Shown: positions 41,450-49,706 of the stretch, in pieces
How positions within the stretch are numbered: position 1 is the stretch's first letter
Layout: each line of letters opens with the position of its first letter
Source of the DNA: a virus
Lineage: Duplodnaviria; Caudoviricetes
Length of the DNA stretch: 55,101 nucleotides
Strand: one strand, 5' to 3'
IMG/VR virus record: IMGVR_UViG_3300036770_003769
Location: 1 to 55,101 of that record
The notes under the pieces: model-generated
Seen by the model: only the letters and a program-made list of their open reading frames with translations
Databases searched by the model: none
What the model was told of the DNA's origin: nothing
Made by a program: the position numbers and the translations under genes

Positions 41450-41962
41450 TTAGCCAGCAAGAACCTTCGCTACTGAATTCACAACAGCAGCAATGCGACC
41501 GATATCTCGAAGTTGCTCAACTGTAAGACCTTCTTTCTTGAGAGTGTCATAATGAGCCTTGACGCAGAAGTGGCATTTGCCTACGATTGAGGCTGCTAGA
41601 GAATATGCTTCGAAGTTGACCTTTGAAGTGCCACCGTGATTCATGATAGCATTCATACGAAGTTGTGCAGGCAATCCTTTGAGTGCAGGATCGTCAGCCA
41701 TTTCAACGTATGGATACCAAACATTATTTTGAGCCATAATTGCAGCAGCAGTCAACGCGGCGTCGGCTTCCTTACGGTCCTCAAACTCTGCGTCGATTGC
41801 TGTTGCTAATCGAGAATTACCTGCAGCAAATGCCGCTGCAAGTGCGCATCCTTGCGCAACCAATGGGTCAAGGGAACTTCGAAGCAGTACTGCATCAAGA
41901 TTCAACTTTGTATCTTTTGCGTAATCTGGTAGACCTTCTTTAACTACATTGACCCAATTCAT
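41450..41962 (-). CDS. ahpD: Alkylhydroperoxidase reductase AhpD (CMD family)
   Basis: LPDYAKDTKLNL, AAIMAQNNVWY, LRMN, SIVGKCHFCVKAH (CxxC). Confidence 0.92.
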   Translation of the reverse strand: MNWVNVVKEGLPDYAKDTKLNLDAVLLRSSLDPLVAQGCALAAAFAAGNSRLATAIDAEFEDRKEADAALTAAAIMAQNNVWYPYVEMADDPALKGLPAQLRMNAIMNHGGTSKVNFEAYSLAASIVGKCHFCVKAHYDTLKKEGLTVEQLRDIGRIAAVVNSVAKVLAG

Positions 41963-41963
41963 T

Positions 41964-42212
41964 TTATACTTCCTTTGGTGTTTCTGTGCAGCGTGAGAAC
42001 AAATAGGCTTTTGCTGTGCGCATTTCTACGTTGCTCAAAAAACCATCTCCGTTCTTGTCTGCTCTTTCAAACAATGCACTTGATACAGTGCAATAACGAT
42101 TCAAATCTTCAAAAGAAACTTTGCCATCCTTGTCAAAGTCATACTGCGTCACGCGGTCTTGAGCCATCGCTGGCGCAGATAACATAATCAATCCAATGAT
42201 TAATTTCTTCAT
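41964..42212 (-). CDS. Secreted two-EF-hand protein
   Basis: Signal peptide MKKLIIGLIMLSAPAMA; loops DFDKDGKVSFED and DKNGDGFLSNVE. Confidence 0.8.
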   Translation of the reverse strand: MKKLIIGLIMLSAPAMAQDRVTQYDFDKDGKVSFEDLNRYCTVSSALFERADKNGDGFLSNVEMRTAKAYLFSRCTETPKEV

Positions 42213-42224
42213 TTAAGTTTTCCT

Positions 42225-42797
42225 TTATTTTGATAGAGTCGCCTCACCAATAGCACGATTGCACTGGCAAAGTTCACCCGTCTGCAAAGCATCGAGGATA
42301 CGAAGTGTTTCCTCTGGATTGCGTCCGACGTTTAGATTATTCACTGTGACATGCTGAATAACATTTTCTGGGTCAACAATAAATGTTGCTCGAAGAGCAG
42401 CACCTGCTGGCTTGAAGAATACCCCAAGATGATCAACGAGGCTGTCGCTCTCATTGTAATAGGCATCGCTGCTCCGAGCAGTATCAGCAAAGAACCAGCA
42501 AGTGGTTTTCTTGAGATCTTCATGAGCATTCTTCCATGCCAACTTACAGAACTCGTTATCTGTTGAACCGATCAAAAGAACCGCATCGCGGTCAGCAAAA
42601 TCTTTGTTCAACTTGTCATAAGCAACGATTTCCGTTGGGCAAACAAACGTGAAATCTTTTGGATAGAACACAATAACTTTCCACTTGCCTGCAAATGATG
42701 CTTCTGTAATTTCTTCGAAAGCATTTTCAGGCGTAAGAGCACCAGGCTTCACACCAGTGATACGAAATTCTTCTAACTTTTCTCCAACTGTCTTCAT
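42225..42797 (-). CDS. ahpC: Peroxiredoxin AhpC
   Basis: FYPKDFTFVCPTEI, RATFIVDP, GRNPEETLRILDALQTGELC; start MKTVG with a CAGGAG RBS. Confidence 0.95.
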   Translation of the reverse strand: MKTVGEKLEEFRITGVKPGALTPENAFEEITEASFAGKWKVIVFYPKDFTFVCPTEIVAYDKLNKDFADRDAVLLIGSTDNEFCKLAWKNAHEDLKKTTCWFFADTARSSDAYYNESDSLVDHLGVFFKPAGAALRATFIVDPENVIQHVTVNNLNVGRNPEETLRILDALQTGELCQCNRAIGEATLSK

Positions 42798-42872
42798 GTT
42801 AAACTCCTGTATAATCAAAACCTATACACAACGTATATATGAAAAAAAGAAACCTCTATCGCACCTTTTACG

Positions 42873-42909
42873 ATAAAATAATTCAATAGAAATAATTGAT
42901 AGAGACTAT
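42873..42909. promoter_or_regulatory. OxyR-like binding site upstream of ahpC
   Basis: ATAA-N7-CAAT-N7-ATTG-N7-CTAT versus consensus ATAG-N7-CTAT-N7-ATAG-N7-CTAT (13/16). Confidence 0.65.
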
Positions 42910-43094
42910 TAGGCAACCATGCCGTATTCTTCTCGAAGGATCTTCTTATATGGTTTACCTTCAGCGATCAATTGCTCTACCAACTTAAGACGGTCGGCGA
43001 GACTTCTAAACTTTTCGTTTTTATTTTGACCGCTGGCGATCTGTAAAGCAATTACGATATCGCGAAGTTCATCTTCACTTATTGGTAGATCCAT
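42909..43094 (-). CDS. Hypothetical protein
   Basis: Short ORF in the operon chain. Confidence 0.55.
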   Translation of the reverse strand: MDLPISEDELRDIVIALQIASGQNKNEKFRSLADRLKLVEQLIAEGKPYKKILREEYGMVA

Positions 43095-43446
43095 CTTTCA
43101 AACCCTCATTATATGCATCAACTTCCAGATCAGCTTGAATCCTTTCTAGGTTATTAACACAACCTTCAAGCCAAGCCTTTCTGGCACCATCATTATTACG
43201 ATATTTCGCAGGAACATTTCTACGACATTCACGAACAAAGTCTCTGCGAGCATACCTCTCACCATCAGCCATTCGCGCACCAATCAGCGCACCGAGTGCT
43301 GTGGCAATCTTTTGACCATCGCCATCACCGATAGTGCTCCCAATGACACCACCAACAACTGCGCCAATCAACTTATCTGTCTCGTCACTTTGCGCATATG
43401 CTGCGCTCGAAAATAACAAGATTGATGTAACAATTAAGTATTTCAT
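43075..43446 (-). CDS. Glycine-zipper 2TM exported protein
   Basis: Signal peptide, then IGAVVGGVIGSTIGDGDGQKIATALGALIGA. Confidence 0.75.
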   Translation of the reverse strand: MKYLIVTSILLFSSAAYAQSDETDKLIGAVVGGVIGSTIGDGDGQKIATALGALIGARMADGERYARRDFVRECRRNVPAKYRNNDGARKAWLEGCVNNLERIQADLEVDAYNEGLKDGSTNK

Positions 43447-44123
43447 TTGAAACTATGCGTCCTATAATACTCGTCAATGTAACCTTGCAACTTCTCGCGA
43501 TAAACTTTAAGATCATCACCTTTGACAGACATTGTCTGACAGAAGTCCGCTGTATCAACACCGATGATAATGACAACTTGCTCGAAAGGAAGCCCAGTCA
43601 ACTCGGTGAACATTGTACCGTATGCAACGCCCTGCATAAAGTAATTTTCAATGTCTTCCTTTTTCTTTAAACGAACTGAAGTCTTGAAGTCGATAACAGA
43701 AAGAACACCGTTATATTCAGCAACACAGTCAACCTGTCCTGCAAGTTTAAGTTCATGAGAAAAGAGTTTAGATTCCAAACAATGAATGTTGTTAATCTTA
43801 ACTAACTCTTTTTTCATCTTCACGAAAAGATTGCGCACGTTCGGCATCATGTTTTCGCGAAGGACATCTACTTCTTCATTCAGTAAATGCCGTTCAATGG
43901 CTTTGTGAACACCAGTGCCTCTGGTCGTCGCCTTGCGCGAGATCTCGTTGGCTTTTTCTTCGCCAACTCTTGCGCGCCACTCCATGAGTTCTTTCTTTTT
44001 ATAGTTCGAAAGAACAGTTGTAACGGAAGCGTATTTCTCACCAGTCGGAGTAACGTAACAGCGAGTGCCATCAACGTTCTCTTGTACTAGTTTCGGAAAG
44101 TCATGATGTATATGATTAAACAT
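43443..44123 (-). CDS. PD-(D/E)XK exonuclease (Cas4-like, T4-like phage type)
   Basis: Y.TPTGEKYASVTTVL, WRARVGEE.AN, RGT.VH, LAGQVDCVAEY.G.LSVIDFKTS, YFMQ..AY. Confidence 0.88.
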   Translation of the reverse strand: MFNHIHHDFPKLVQENVDGTRCYVTPTGEKYASVTTVLSNYKKKELMEWRARVGEEKANEISRKATTRGTGVHKAIERHLLNEEVDVLRENMMPNVRNLFVKMKKELVKINNIHCLESKLFSHELKLAGQVDCVAEYNGVLSVIDFKTSVRLKKKEDIENYFMQGVAYGTMFTELTGLPFEQVVIIIGVDTADFCQTMSVKGDDLKVYREKLQGYIDEYYRTHSFK

Positions 44124-44151
44124 GAAAGATACTCATAAAGGACGACACTCT

Positions 44152-44180
44152 ATTGTAACATATTATATCTTACAAGTCAA
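44152..44180 (-). promoter_or_regulatory. sigma70-type promoter for the exonuclease operon
   Basis: TTGACT-17 nt-TACAAT. Confidence 0.7.
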
Positions 44181-44974
44181 ATATTTTTATTCAACGGTAC
44201 AACTACAACGTTCCCTTCGTTGTCTGACAGATATTGGTTCTTCTCATATCTCTCTGTTGCAACTAAGAAGTCTTTAACAAGAGAAGAACGAACAATATCG
44301 TCAGTGGTAAACTCTACGCTAGTGAAAGAAGCCATAAGTTTTGCGATCTCATGAAACTTCTTCAGACCAGATTTGTCTTTATTATTTCGATACAAGTCAG
44401 TTTGTCGATAGTCGCCGCAGAAGATAATCTTCGAACGATGACCCACACGAGTCATGATTGTAGACAATTCTTCAAACGTCATATTCTGGCATTCATCTAC
44501 GATGATTACAGCATCGTCGAAACTCATACCACGAATGAAACTGGTAGAGATAAATTCAATACGACCACATTCCTTCAATGCGTCGTATGCATCACGTCGA
44601 CCAAACAGCGTATGACAGATCTGCATATAAGGTTGTTCGTAGAGGCTCATCTTTTCTTCTACTGATCCAGGAGTGAAACCTAGATCACGAGACTGTACTG
44701 CTGAACGAACGATTACAACTCTATGAAATGAAGACGTTCTATCCAGAACCTCTTGAAGTGCTTGATAACAAGCAATGAACGACTTACCCGTACCAGCGGA
44801 TCCATATAACATAACGAAATAGTCACCACGTTTATATGCTTCGAAAAACTTAGATTGATTATCTGTCAGCGGTTCAAATTGTTTCAATTCAGCCGCTTTA
44901 ATACGTTGAGGTTTTTTCTCGACCTGTTGGTCTGAAAATTCTATGAATGTATTAGAGTTTTTCTTTTTTGACAT
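44177..44974 (-). CDS. phoH: PhoH-family ATPase
   Basis: PLTDNQ, GSAGTGKSF Walker A, GFTPGSVEEK, STSFIRG, IVDECQN, CGDYRQTDL, DIVRS. Confidence 0.93.
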   Translation of the reverse strand: MSKKKNSNTFIEFSDQQVEKKPQRIKAAELKQFEPLTDNQSKFFEAYKRGDYFVMLYGSAGTGKSFIACYQALQEVLDRTSSFHRVVIVRSAVQSRDLGFTPGSVEEKMSLYEQPYMQICHTLFGRRDAYDALKECGRIEFISTSFIRGMSFDDAVIIVDECQNMTFEELSTIMTRVGHRSKIIFCGDYRQTDLYRNNKDKSGLKKFHEIAKLMASFTSVEFTTDDIVRSSLVKDFLVATERYEKNQYLSDNEGNVVVVPLNKNI

Positions 44975-45301
44975 TTACCCTCGCTTTCCAAGATTGCGAA
45001 TTTTTTCGCTGTGCTTCTTGATGATCTCTTTAGTCTTAATATCTTTCGTACTTTTACGAAGATACTTATCGGCTAATGGGCTTGCTGGGTGTTTCTCAGC
45101 AACTTTAGACATTACTTCTTTCCAAGTATTGTCTGTCTTGATACCGTCGCTTACGGTTGTACCATAGAGTAATGGTGGCACAGTGCCATGGTATCTTTCT
45201 AAATGCGGATTGTCTGCCTTAAATTGATCATAGGCAGACATTGACATGGAGTGTTCTTCAATTTTACCAGTATTGGTATTCAAAAATTCATATGTTGGCA
45301 T
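44975..45301 (-). CDS. FmdB-like small protein (Cys-less)
   Basis: MPTYEF.N..TG...E N-terminus; position directly before phoH as in T4-like phages. Confidence 0.6.
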   Translation of the reverse strand: MPTYEFLNTNTGKIEEHSMSMSAYDQFKADNPHLERYHGTVPPLLYGTTVSDGIKTDNTWKEVMSKVAEKHPASPLADKYLRKSTKDIKTKEIIKKHSEKIRNLGKRG

Positions 45302-45304
45302 AAA

Positions 45305-45922
45305 TTATCCAGTGTATCGTTTAGACTTCCCGTCTGGTTTAACATGATGTGCATTGAAGCGAATGTGTGGAAACTCATGCTTCAATTTCAAAAAGTGATG
45401 TAGATTGTGTTCGCTGTCGTCATACAACGACACGTGAGAATAATTCCCACTCTTTAAATGATCGCGAATGATACTTGCTTTCTTTTCAGCAACCGTACCA
45501 TCTGTTTTTAAATTGCCTGCGCGATGAACGTGAATACCATCAATATCCACACCATGCTTACGAAACGTTCCAAGAAACTTATCTCTATCGTCGAAGTCGG
45601 CACGAGCAGTATTGATGATGACCTTACCGCCAGTTGCCTTGGCTTTCGTATGCAATTGCTTCATCTTGTGAAGCATACGCTGATTAGGTTTGGATTCCGT
45701 ATCGAATTTCTCGGCTGAACGGAACTCAGCATAATCGTAATGATGCCCAGCGGGAAGTTTATGTGTGTTATATTCAGAGTTGGTAAGAGAGCCGACGTGT
45801 TTCTTACCTTTCATAACACGAATCTTTGCCGTGGTATGGAATAACGTGTCGTCTACGTCGAAGACGTGTAGACCACGGTTATGATTTATTTCTTCTTGTA
45901 TAAAGTCGAGGAATTTCTTCAT
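45305..45922 (-). CDS. HAD-superfamily phosphatase-like protein
   Basis: VFDVDDTLF (motif I), INTAR (II), K (III), YDDSEHNL (IV). Confidence 0.7.
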   Translation of the reverse strand: MKKFLDFIQEEINHNRGLHVFDVDDTLFHTTAKIRVMKGKKHVGSLTNSEYNTHKLPAGHHYDYAEFRSAEKFDTESKPNQRMLHKMKQLHTKAKATGGKVIINTARADFDDRDKFLGTFRKHGVDIDGIHVHRAGNLKTDGTVAEKKASIIRDHLKSGNYSHVSLYDDSEHNLHHFLKLKHEFPHIRFNAHHVKPDGKSKRYTG

Positions 45923-45926
45923 CCTC

Positions 45927-46475
45927 TTATTTATACCAAGAAGGGATCTCTCTGTTAGTCCATCGCGCAAAACGTTTCTTGTAAACTCGATAATAGTTTT
46001 TATATGCAGTGATCGAGTCTCCAGGAACCTTCACATCCTCTGGCATGGCTTGAGGAGGCTCAGAGAAGATACCAGTTCGAGGGATATTATCAGGGGCGAA
46101 ACTCAGTTTCTGAATGACTAGCGAGGACTTGTGTTGCTTATCATTCGCGCCACCGTAGCGATGGCGATATTCTTGACAGAGTTCAGAAGCCATATTCCAG
46201 AGCCACTGATAGTGATCGAAAGACTCACGAACCCAAATGGCAGAAGGATGATTCCAACTCACTGCATGGTACATCGTATCTTCACGATACTGATCTAACT
46301 TCCAGCGATGAATCTTGCGATTGTTTTTGCTTTTGTCGAAATAATGATTGCCATCTAGAATACGATGGGCTGTTGAAAGCAATTGCGCATACTCAACGAT
46401 CATCTTGACGACATGTTTGTCGCAATGCTCTTGAGCGCAGATTTTCGTATCACGATTTAGATAAAAGATGTTCAT
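45927..46475 (-). CDS. Pyrimidine-dimer DNA glycosylase-like (DenV/Pyr_excise family)
   Basis: MNIFYL...CA..HCDKHVVKMIVEYAQLLSTAHR, NHPSAIWVR, EY..RYG..H, PPQAMP, AYKNYY. Confidence 0.75.
   Translation of the reverse strand: MNIFYLNRDTKICAQEHCDKHVVKMIVEYAQLLSTAHRILDGNHYFDKSKNNRKIHRWKLDQYREDTMYHAVSWNHPSAIWVRESFDHYQWLWNMASELCQEYRHRYGGANDKQHKSSLVIQKLSFAPDNIPRTGIFSEPPQAMPEDVKVPGDSITAYKNYYRVYKKRFARWTNREIPSWYK
45928..45935 (-). promoter_or_regulatory. T4 late promoter TATAAATA
   Basis: Perfect TATAAATA 5 nt before ATG 45922. Confidence 0.7.
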
Positions 46476-46710
46476 GCACCGCCTCAATTGTTTTGTCATC
46501 CTTTTCCCAATATTCTTCAATCGCTCGTTTAGCGTATTCAAGTTCAACATACTGACCGAGGATCAATTCCTCAGCAGCATTGATTGGAATCTTCGCAGCC
46601 CAGATGATTGTATGCACGACATTGTATGCATGACCAATAACCAAGCCATTGTGAGATTGGTGATAGTAATGATTGTTTTTGTCGGCAAGACGCCATTGAC
46701 GATTAATCAA
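46450..46710 (-). CDS. Hypothetical protein
   Basis: Overlap-coupled ORF in the gene chain. Confidence 0.6.
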   Translation of the reverse strand: MINRQWRLADKNNHYYHQSHNGLVIGHAYNVVHTIIWAAKIPINAAEELILGQYVELEYAKRAIEEYWEKDDKTIEAVHEHLLSKS

Positions 46711-46961
46711 TTGAGTCTCCCAGAAGAACTTTGAAATTCAGAGAATGTTTTAACCAAATCGCGACTGTCAGAAATAGTATCGACCATCGCATTGTATTCT
46801 TCAGGATCTAACGCAGACTTGTACATCATCATTGCCAACTTCGTCATCACCGCAGCGCAAGCCATTGGAGAAAAGTTTTCATCAACAAGTTTATGAGTCA
46901 GCATCAAGTAAGATGCTTCAAGACCCATTAACTCTTCATCGGATGTATTAACTGTAGACAC
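46707..46961 (-). CDS. Hypothetical protein
   Basis: GAGGTG RBS before a GTG start. Confidence 0.65.
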   Translation of the reverse strand: MSTVNTSDEELMGLEASYLMLTHKLVDENFSPMACAAVMTKLAMMMYKSALDPEEYNAMVDTISDSRDLVKTFSEFQSSSGRLN

Positions 46962-46974
46962 AATTCACCTCGGT

Positions 46975-47001
46975 AAAAAAGAAGGGGGACCGAAGTCCCC
47001 C
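46975..47001 (-). terminator. Intrinsic terminator with C(UUCG)G tetraloop
   Basis: GGGGGAC-TTCG-GTCCCCC-TTCTTTTTT. Confidence 0.9.
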
Positions 47002-47018
47002 AGAGAGGATTTTTATGA

Positions 47019-47450
47019 TTAACCGATGCCCAGACTTGCCTTCAAGTCATTCAACTCAGCGTCGTCGATCTCAGAGATGTCAAGATCCGAATCCAGAATA
47101 GGAGTGACTGCACTGACTGCCGCAGCCTTCTTCGACGCACTTGTCTTTACTGTTTTGACTGTAACCGACTTCATTGGCTTCGATTTACTCGGCTTCGTCG
47201 CCTTCGTGCCACGACGACCGTTCTCGCCGATAGTGCACTCATTCGGATTCAGCAGAGTGTAGCCGATGACCTTCCGTCCCTGCTTCTGAACCTCAATCTC
47301 CGCACCATACAGTGTACGCAGACCATAGAAGTAGACAGGAACCGACGACTCACGAACACCAAGAGCCTTCGCAGCCTCGCCACGAGTGACACCCTTGCTG
47401 CCAGCAGCCTTCAACAAAGAGAACAACATATAACCTTGATGATTAGCCAT
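47019..47450 (-). CDS. Hypothetical protein, possible winged-HTH DNA-binding protein
   Basis: GVTRGEAAKALGVRESSVPVY HTH-like segment, basic linker, acidic tail; has its own promoter, GAGGT RBS and terminator. Confidence 0.6.
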   Translation of the reverse strand: MANHQGYMLFSLLKAAGSKGVTRGEAAKALGVRESSVPVYFYGLRTLYGAEIEVQKQGRKVIGYTLLNPNECTIGENGRRGTKATKPSKSKPMKSVTVKTVKTSASKKAAAVSAVTPILDSDLDISEIDDAELNDLKASLGIG

Positions 47451-47496
47451 TTTGAATTACCTCACAAAAAACATAATATAACATAACAACAATACA

Positions 47497-47525
47497 AGTA
47501 TAAATGATTACACCTTACAAGTCAA
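47497..47525 (-). promoter_or_regulatory. sigma70-type early promoter
   Basis: TTGACT-17 nt-TATACT. Confidence 0.78.
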
Positions 47526-47537
47526 CTATCGCAAGAA

Positions 47538-47678
47538 TTACAGGCTATGCAACGGATTTCGTTGCCGCAAGAACGCGAGTGCTTCTTGCTTGCTACCAAA
47601 CTTGCCACTGATCGGAGTCTGATGCCGACCACGGACGATGTACCAACCGCCTAACAGTCGATTGAATACAACTTTCAT
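47538..47678 (-). CDS. Small hypothetical protein
   Basis: MKVVFNRLLGGWYIVRG...; TAATG-coupled to the upstream ORF. Confidence 0.6.
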   Translation of the reverse strand: MKVVFNRLLGGWYIVRGRHQTPISGKFGSKQEALAFLRQRNPLHSL

Positions 47679-47887
47679 TAAGCCACCACTGCTTCGGTTT
47701 GGGCTTGCTCTCGCACGAGCCACTCGCGGAGGCGAGTCCATCGTGCTTTCTTACCGTCGGTCAAACTCTTGCGAGCCAGAACCAAATCCACACGAACGAT
47801 CGCATCAGCATGCTTGACCGCACCAGTGGAAACCAGAGTCTTGATTTCGCTGACGCTCGCGAGCACAAGAGGATTCGCAGTATTCAT
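47678..47887 (-). CDS. Small hypothetical early protein
   Basis: AAGGA RBS, downstream of an early promoter. Confidence 0.65.
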   Translation of the reverse strand: MNTANPLVLASVSEIKTLVSTGAVKHADAIVRVDLVLARKSLTDGKKARWTRLREWLVREQAQTEAVVA

Positions 47888-47918
47888 ATTAAATTTCCTT
47901 TATCAACCTTGTACAACA

Positions 47919-47980
47919 ATTCTAACGCACAGCAAGAGAAAAGGCAAGGGGAAAAACCCCTTGCCAATCAATCACTTACG
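47919..47980 (-). promoter_or_regulatory. Early promoter with IHF-consensus site and overlapping hairpin
   Basis: AATCAATCACTTA(CG) at 47966-47980; TTGCCT-17-TAGAAT; inverted repeat GGCAAGGGG/CCCCTTGCC at 47943-47965. Confidence 0.75.
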
Positions 47981-48350
47981 AGTTCATCGCAGCAATTTGC
48001 TCAGCCGTGTAAACCGTAACAGGGCTGGCTTTGCGCTGGTTCTTGCGAATGTTCTTCGGCGCGTTTGCCTTCATACGCAAGTCAGCCAGTCGAGCCTCCG
48101 CTTTCGCGATACGATCCGCGACTCGCTGGGCTCGCTTCGCCTCACGCGCTGCCTTCACAGCCGCACGATGTTCTTCCTTCACGACGCGATTAATCCACGT
48201 CTCGCGGCGAATCTCAGCACGCAGTGCCTTTTGCATTGCACGCGATGCCTTAATCGCGTCCCGAGTCGCCTTCATGGCGCCGATCATATCCTTCACAACC
48301 TGACGCTCACGAGCCAGATTCGCCTTCATTTGATTTACTGTAAGACCCAT
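47976..48350 (-). CDS. Highly basic Ala/Arg/Lys-rich coiled-coil early protein
   Basis: Composition; AAGGT RBS; downstream of a promoter. Confidence 0.65.
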   Translation of the reverse strand: MGLTVNQMKANLARERQVVKDMIGAMKATRDAIKASRAMQKALRAEIRRETWINRVVKEEHRAAVKAAREAKRAQRVADRIAKAEARLADLRMKANAPKNIRKNQRKASPVTVYTAEQIAAMNS

Positions 48351-48406
48351 AATTCTATACCTTTTTCCTATTCGGGGCGGGACCTATTTCCCAACCCCAT
48401 AAGACT

Positions 48407-48515
48407 ATTATCGCTGAAATGGGCTCAGATGTAAAGCGAAAAAACTCTTGTAAAATCAACAACTTACGAAAGCCTCAGATCAGGGTAAAAACCCTAATAG
48501 AATCAACAACTTACG
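48407..48515 (-). promoter_or_regulatory. Early promoter with two IHF-consensus sites
   Basis: AATCAACAACTTACG at 48454-48468 and 48501-48515; TTTACA-17-GATAAT. Confidence 0.75.
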
Positions 48516-48604
48516 ACAGCCCCTATAAAGCCCCCTCGACCGTTATAGGGGGGCTGAGTTGGGGGGAGGGGTAGGCTAGGGGTCAGGGCTAGAAACCGCC
48601 CAGA

Positions 48605-48802
48605 TCAGCCGATATGCGCTCGGCTTACAACCCCATTTTCGATCGTTACCGTTATTCGATCGGTGCGCCAGTCGATCGTCCTACCCTGCCGTTGACCGTC
48701 GCGCTCGGCAACTCGGAACAACATGTGTTCGTCATTTGTTCTTTTTCTTGCCTCTTCTTCGGTCATCCCAACAAGACAAAATGGAATTTCAGTTACAGTC
48801 AT
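48605..48802 (-). CDS. Small protein resembling the I78/potato-inhibitor-I fold
   Basis: LVGMTEEEA...RV......TIDWRTDRITVTIENGVV...IG. Confidence 0.5.
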   Translation of the reverse strand: MTVTEIPFCLVGMTEEEARKRTNDEHMLFRVAERDGQRQGRTIDWRTDRITVTIENGVVSRAHIG

Positions 48803-48948
48803 TCAACTGGCGATCGAATAGTTTTCACGATGATGTAGCAATGAAACACCACCGCTAGTGTCATCAAGAATCCGATGAATGTTCCTGCATTTGTGTATGC
48901 AAGCCAACATGAAATTAGAAAAAGAATAATATCAAGAATTGGAATCAC
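48799..48948 (-). CDS. Small membrane hypothetical protein
   Basis: Two hydrophobic segments; GTG start with AAGGTG upstream (start uncertain). Confidence 0.45.
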   Translation of the reverse strand: MIPILDIILFLISCWLAYTNAGTFIGFLMTLAVVFHCYIIVKTIRSPVE

Positions 48949-49222
48949 TATCAAACACCTTACCGTGTTCACGCACCAGTTGTTCAAATTGACGAAAGAG
49001 TTTATTGAATTTGACTTCGTAGAGAGCCTCAATACCCATCAGCATATTCGCGATCTTATCTTCGCGATTTGCTTCTAGTGGAGCATCAAGCATATACTCA
49101 GTGACTGTGTTGAGATCATTGGTTACATTCCAGCATTCCATGATCTGTTGTTCGAACTTGAACCGATCGAACTTTTCATAAACTTGACCACCGTCATCTA
49201 TAAAGATTTTACTCACTTGCAT
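48932..49222 (-). CDS. Hypothetical protein
   Basis: FDRFKFEQQIMECWNV..D...LMGIEALYEVKFNKLFRQFE. Confidence 0.65.
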   Translation of the reverse strand: MQVSKIFIDDGGQVYEKFDRFKFEQQIMECWNVTNDLNTVTEYMLDAPLEANREDKIANMLMGIEALYEVKFNKLFRQFEQLVREHGKVFDSDSNS

Positions 49223-49433
49223 TCTCTCCATAATATTTCAAAACTAACTTGAACGCCTCAATGTGCTTTTCAAGAAGTATCACATCAAACTCTTGTTCTG
49301 CGACAAAAATTGCCATGCCATCACCATCCTTACGCTCTGCGAGATCCTTCTGAAGATTTTCAAGAATGTTATGCATTGAAGCACGAGCAATACCGTCAAC
49401 AGTATCCCAATCAAGTTCAACGTTTAAATTCAT
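49209..49433 (-). CDS. Hypothetical protein
   Basis: ATGA-coupled to the upstream ORF. Confidence 0.6.
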   Translation of the reverse strand: MNLNVELDWDTVDGIARASMHNILENLQKDLAERKDGDGMAIFVAEQEFDVILLEKHIEAFKLVLKYYGENASE

Positions 49434-49669
49434 GTTCGCTCCCATACATGCCCACAATCAGGACACTTCCAATATGCAGTTTCGTCTCTAACGCGATCAT
49501 AGATTCCGATCGCACGACCCCACTGACCTTTCTCACGAGTTGCACCATATGCTTTGGCAGCCTTATCTGCCTCTTGTTCGCTTCCAGTTTTCTGAAAGAA
49601 GTGTTCCCAAATAGAACCACCATCAAGATTCGCATTACAGTTTGGGCAATATCCATGTTCGTTTTTCAT
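49430..49669 (-). CDS. Zn-ribbon small protein, probably leaderless
   Basis: CPNC and CPDC pairs; ATG 6 nt after a TATAAT. Confidence 0.7.
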   Translation of the reverse strand: MKNEHGYCPNCNANLDGGSIWEHFFQKTGSEQEADKAAKAYGATREKGQWGRAIGIYDRVRDETAYWKCPDCGHVWERT

Positions 49670-49675
49670 ACTTCT

Positions 49676-49704
49676 ATTATACCCTATCAAGAGTTACAAA
49701 ACAA
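49676..49704 (-). promoter_or_regulatory. sigma70-type early promoter
   Basis: TTGTTT-17 nt-TATAAT. Confidence 0.65.
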
Positions 49705-49706
49705 GG

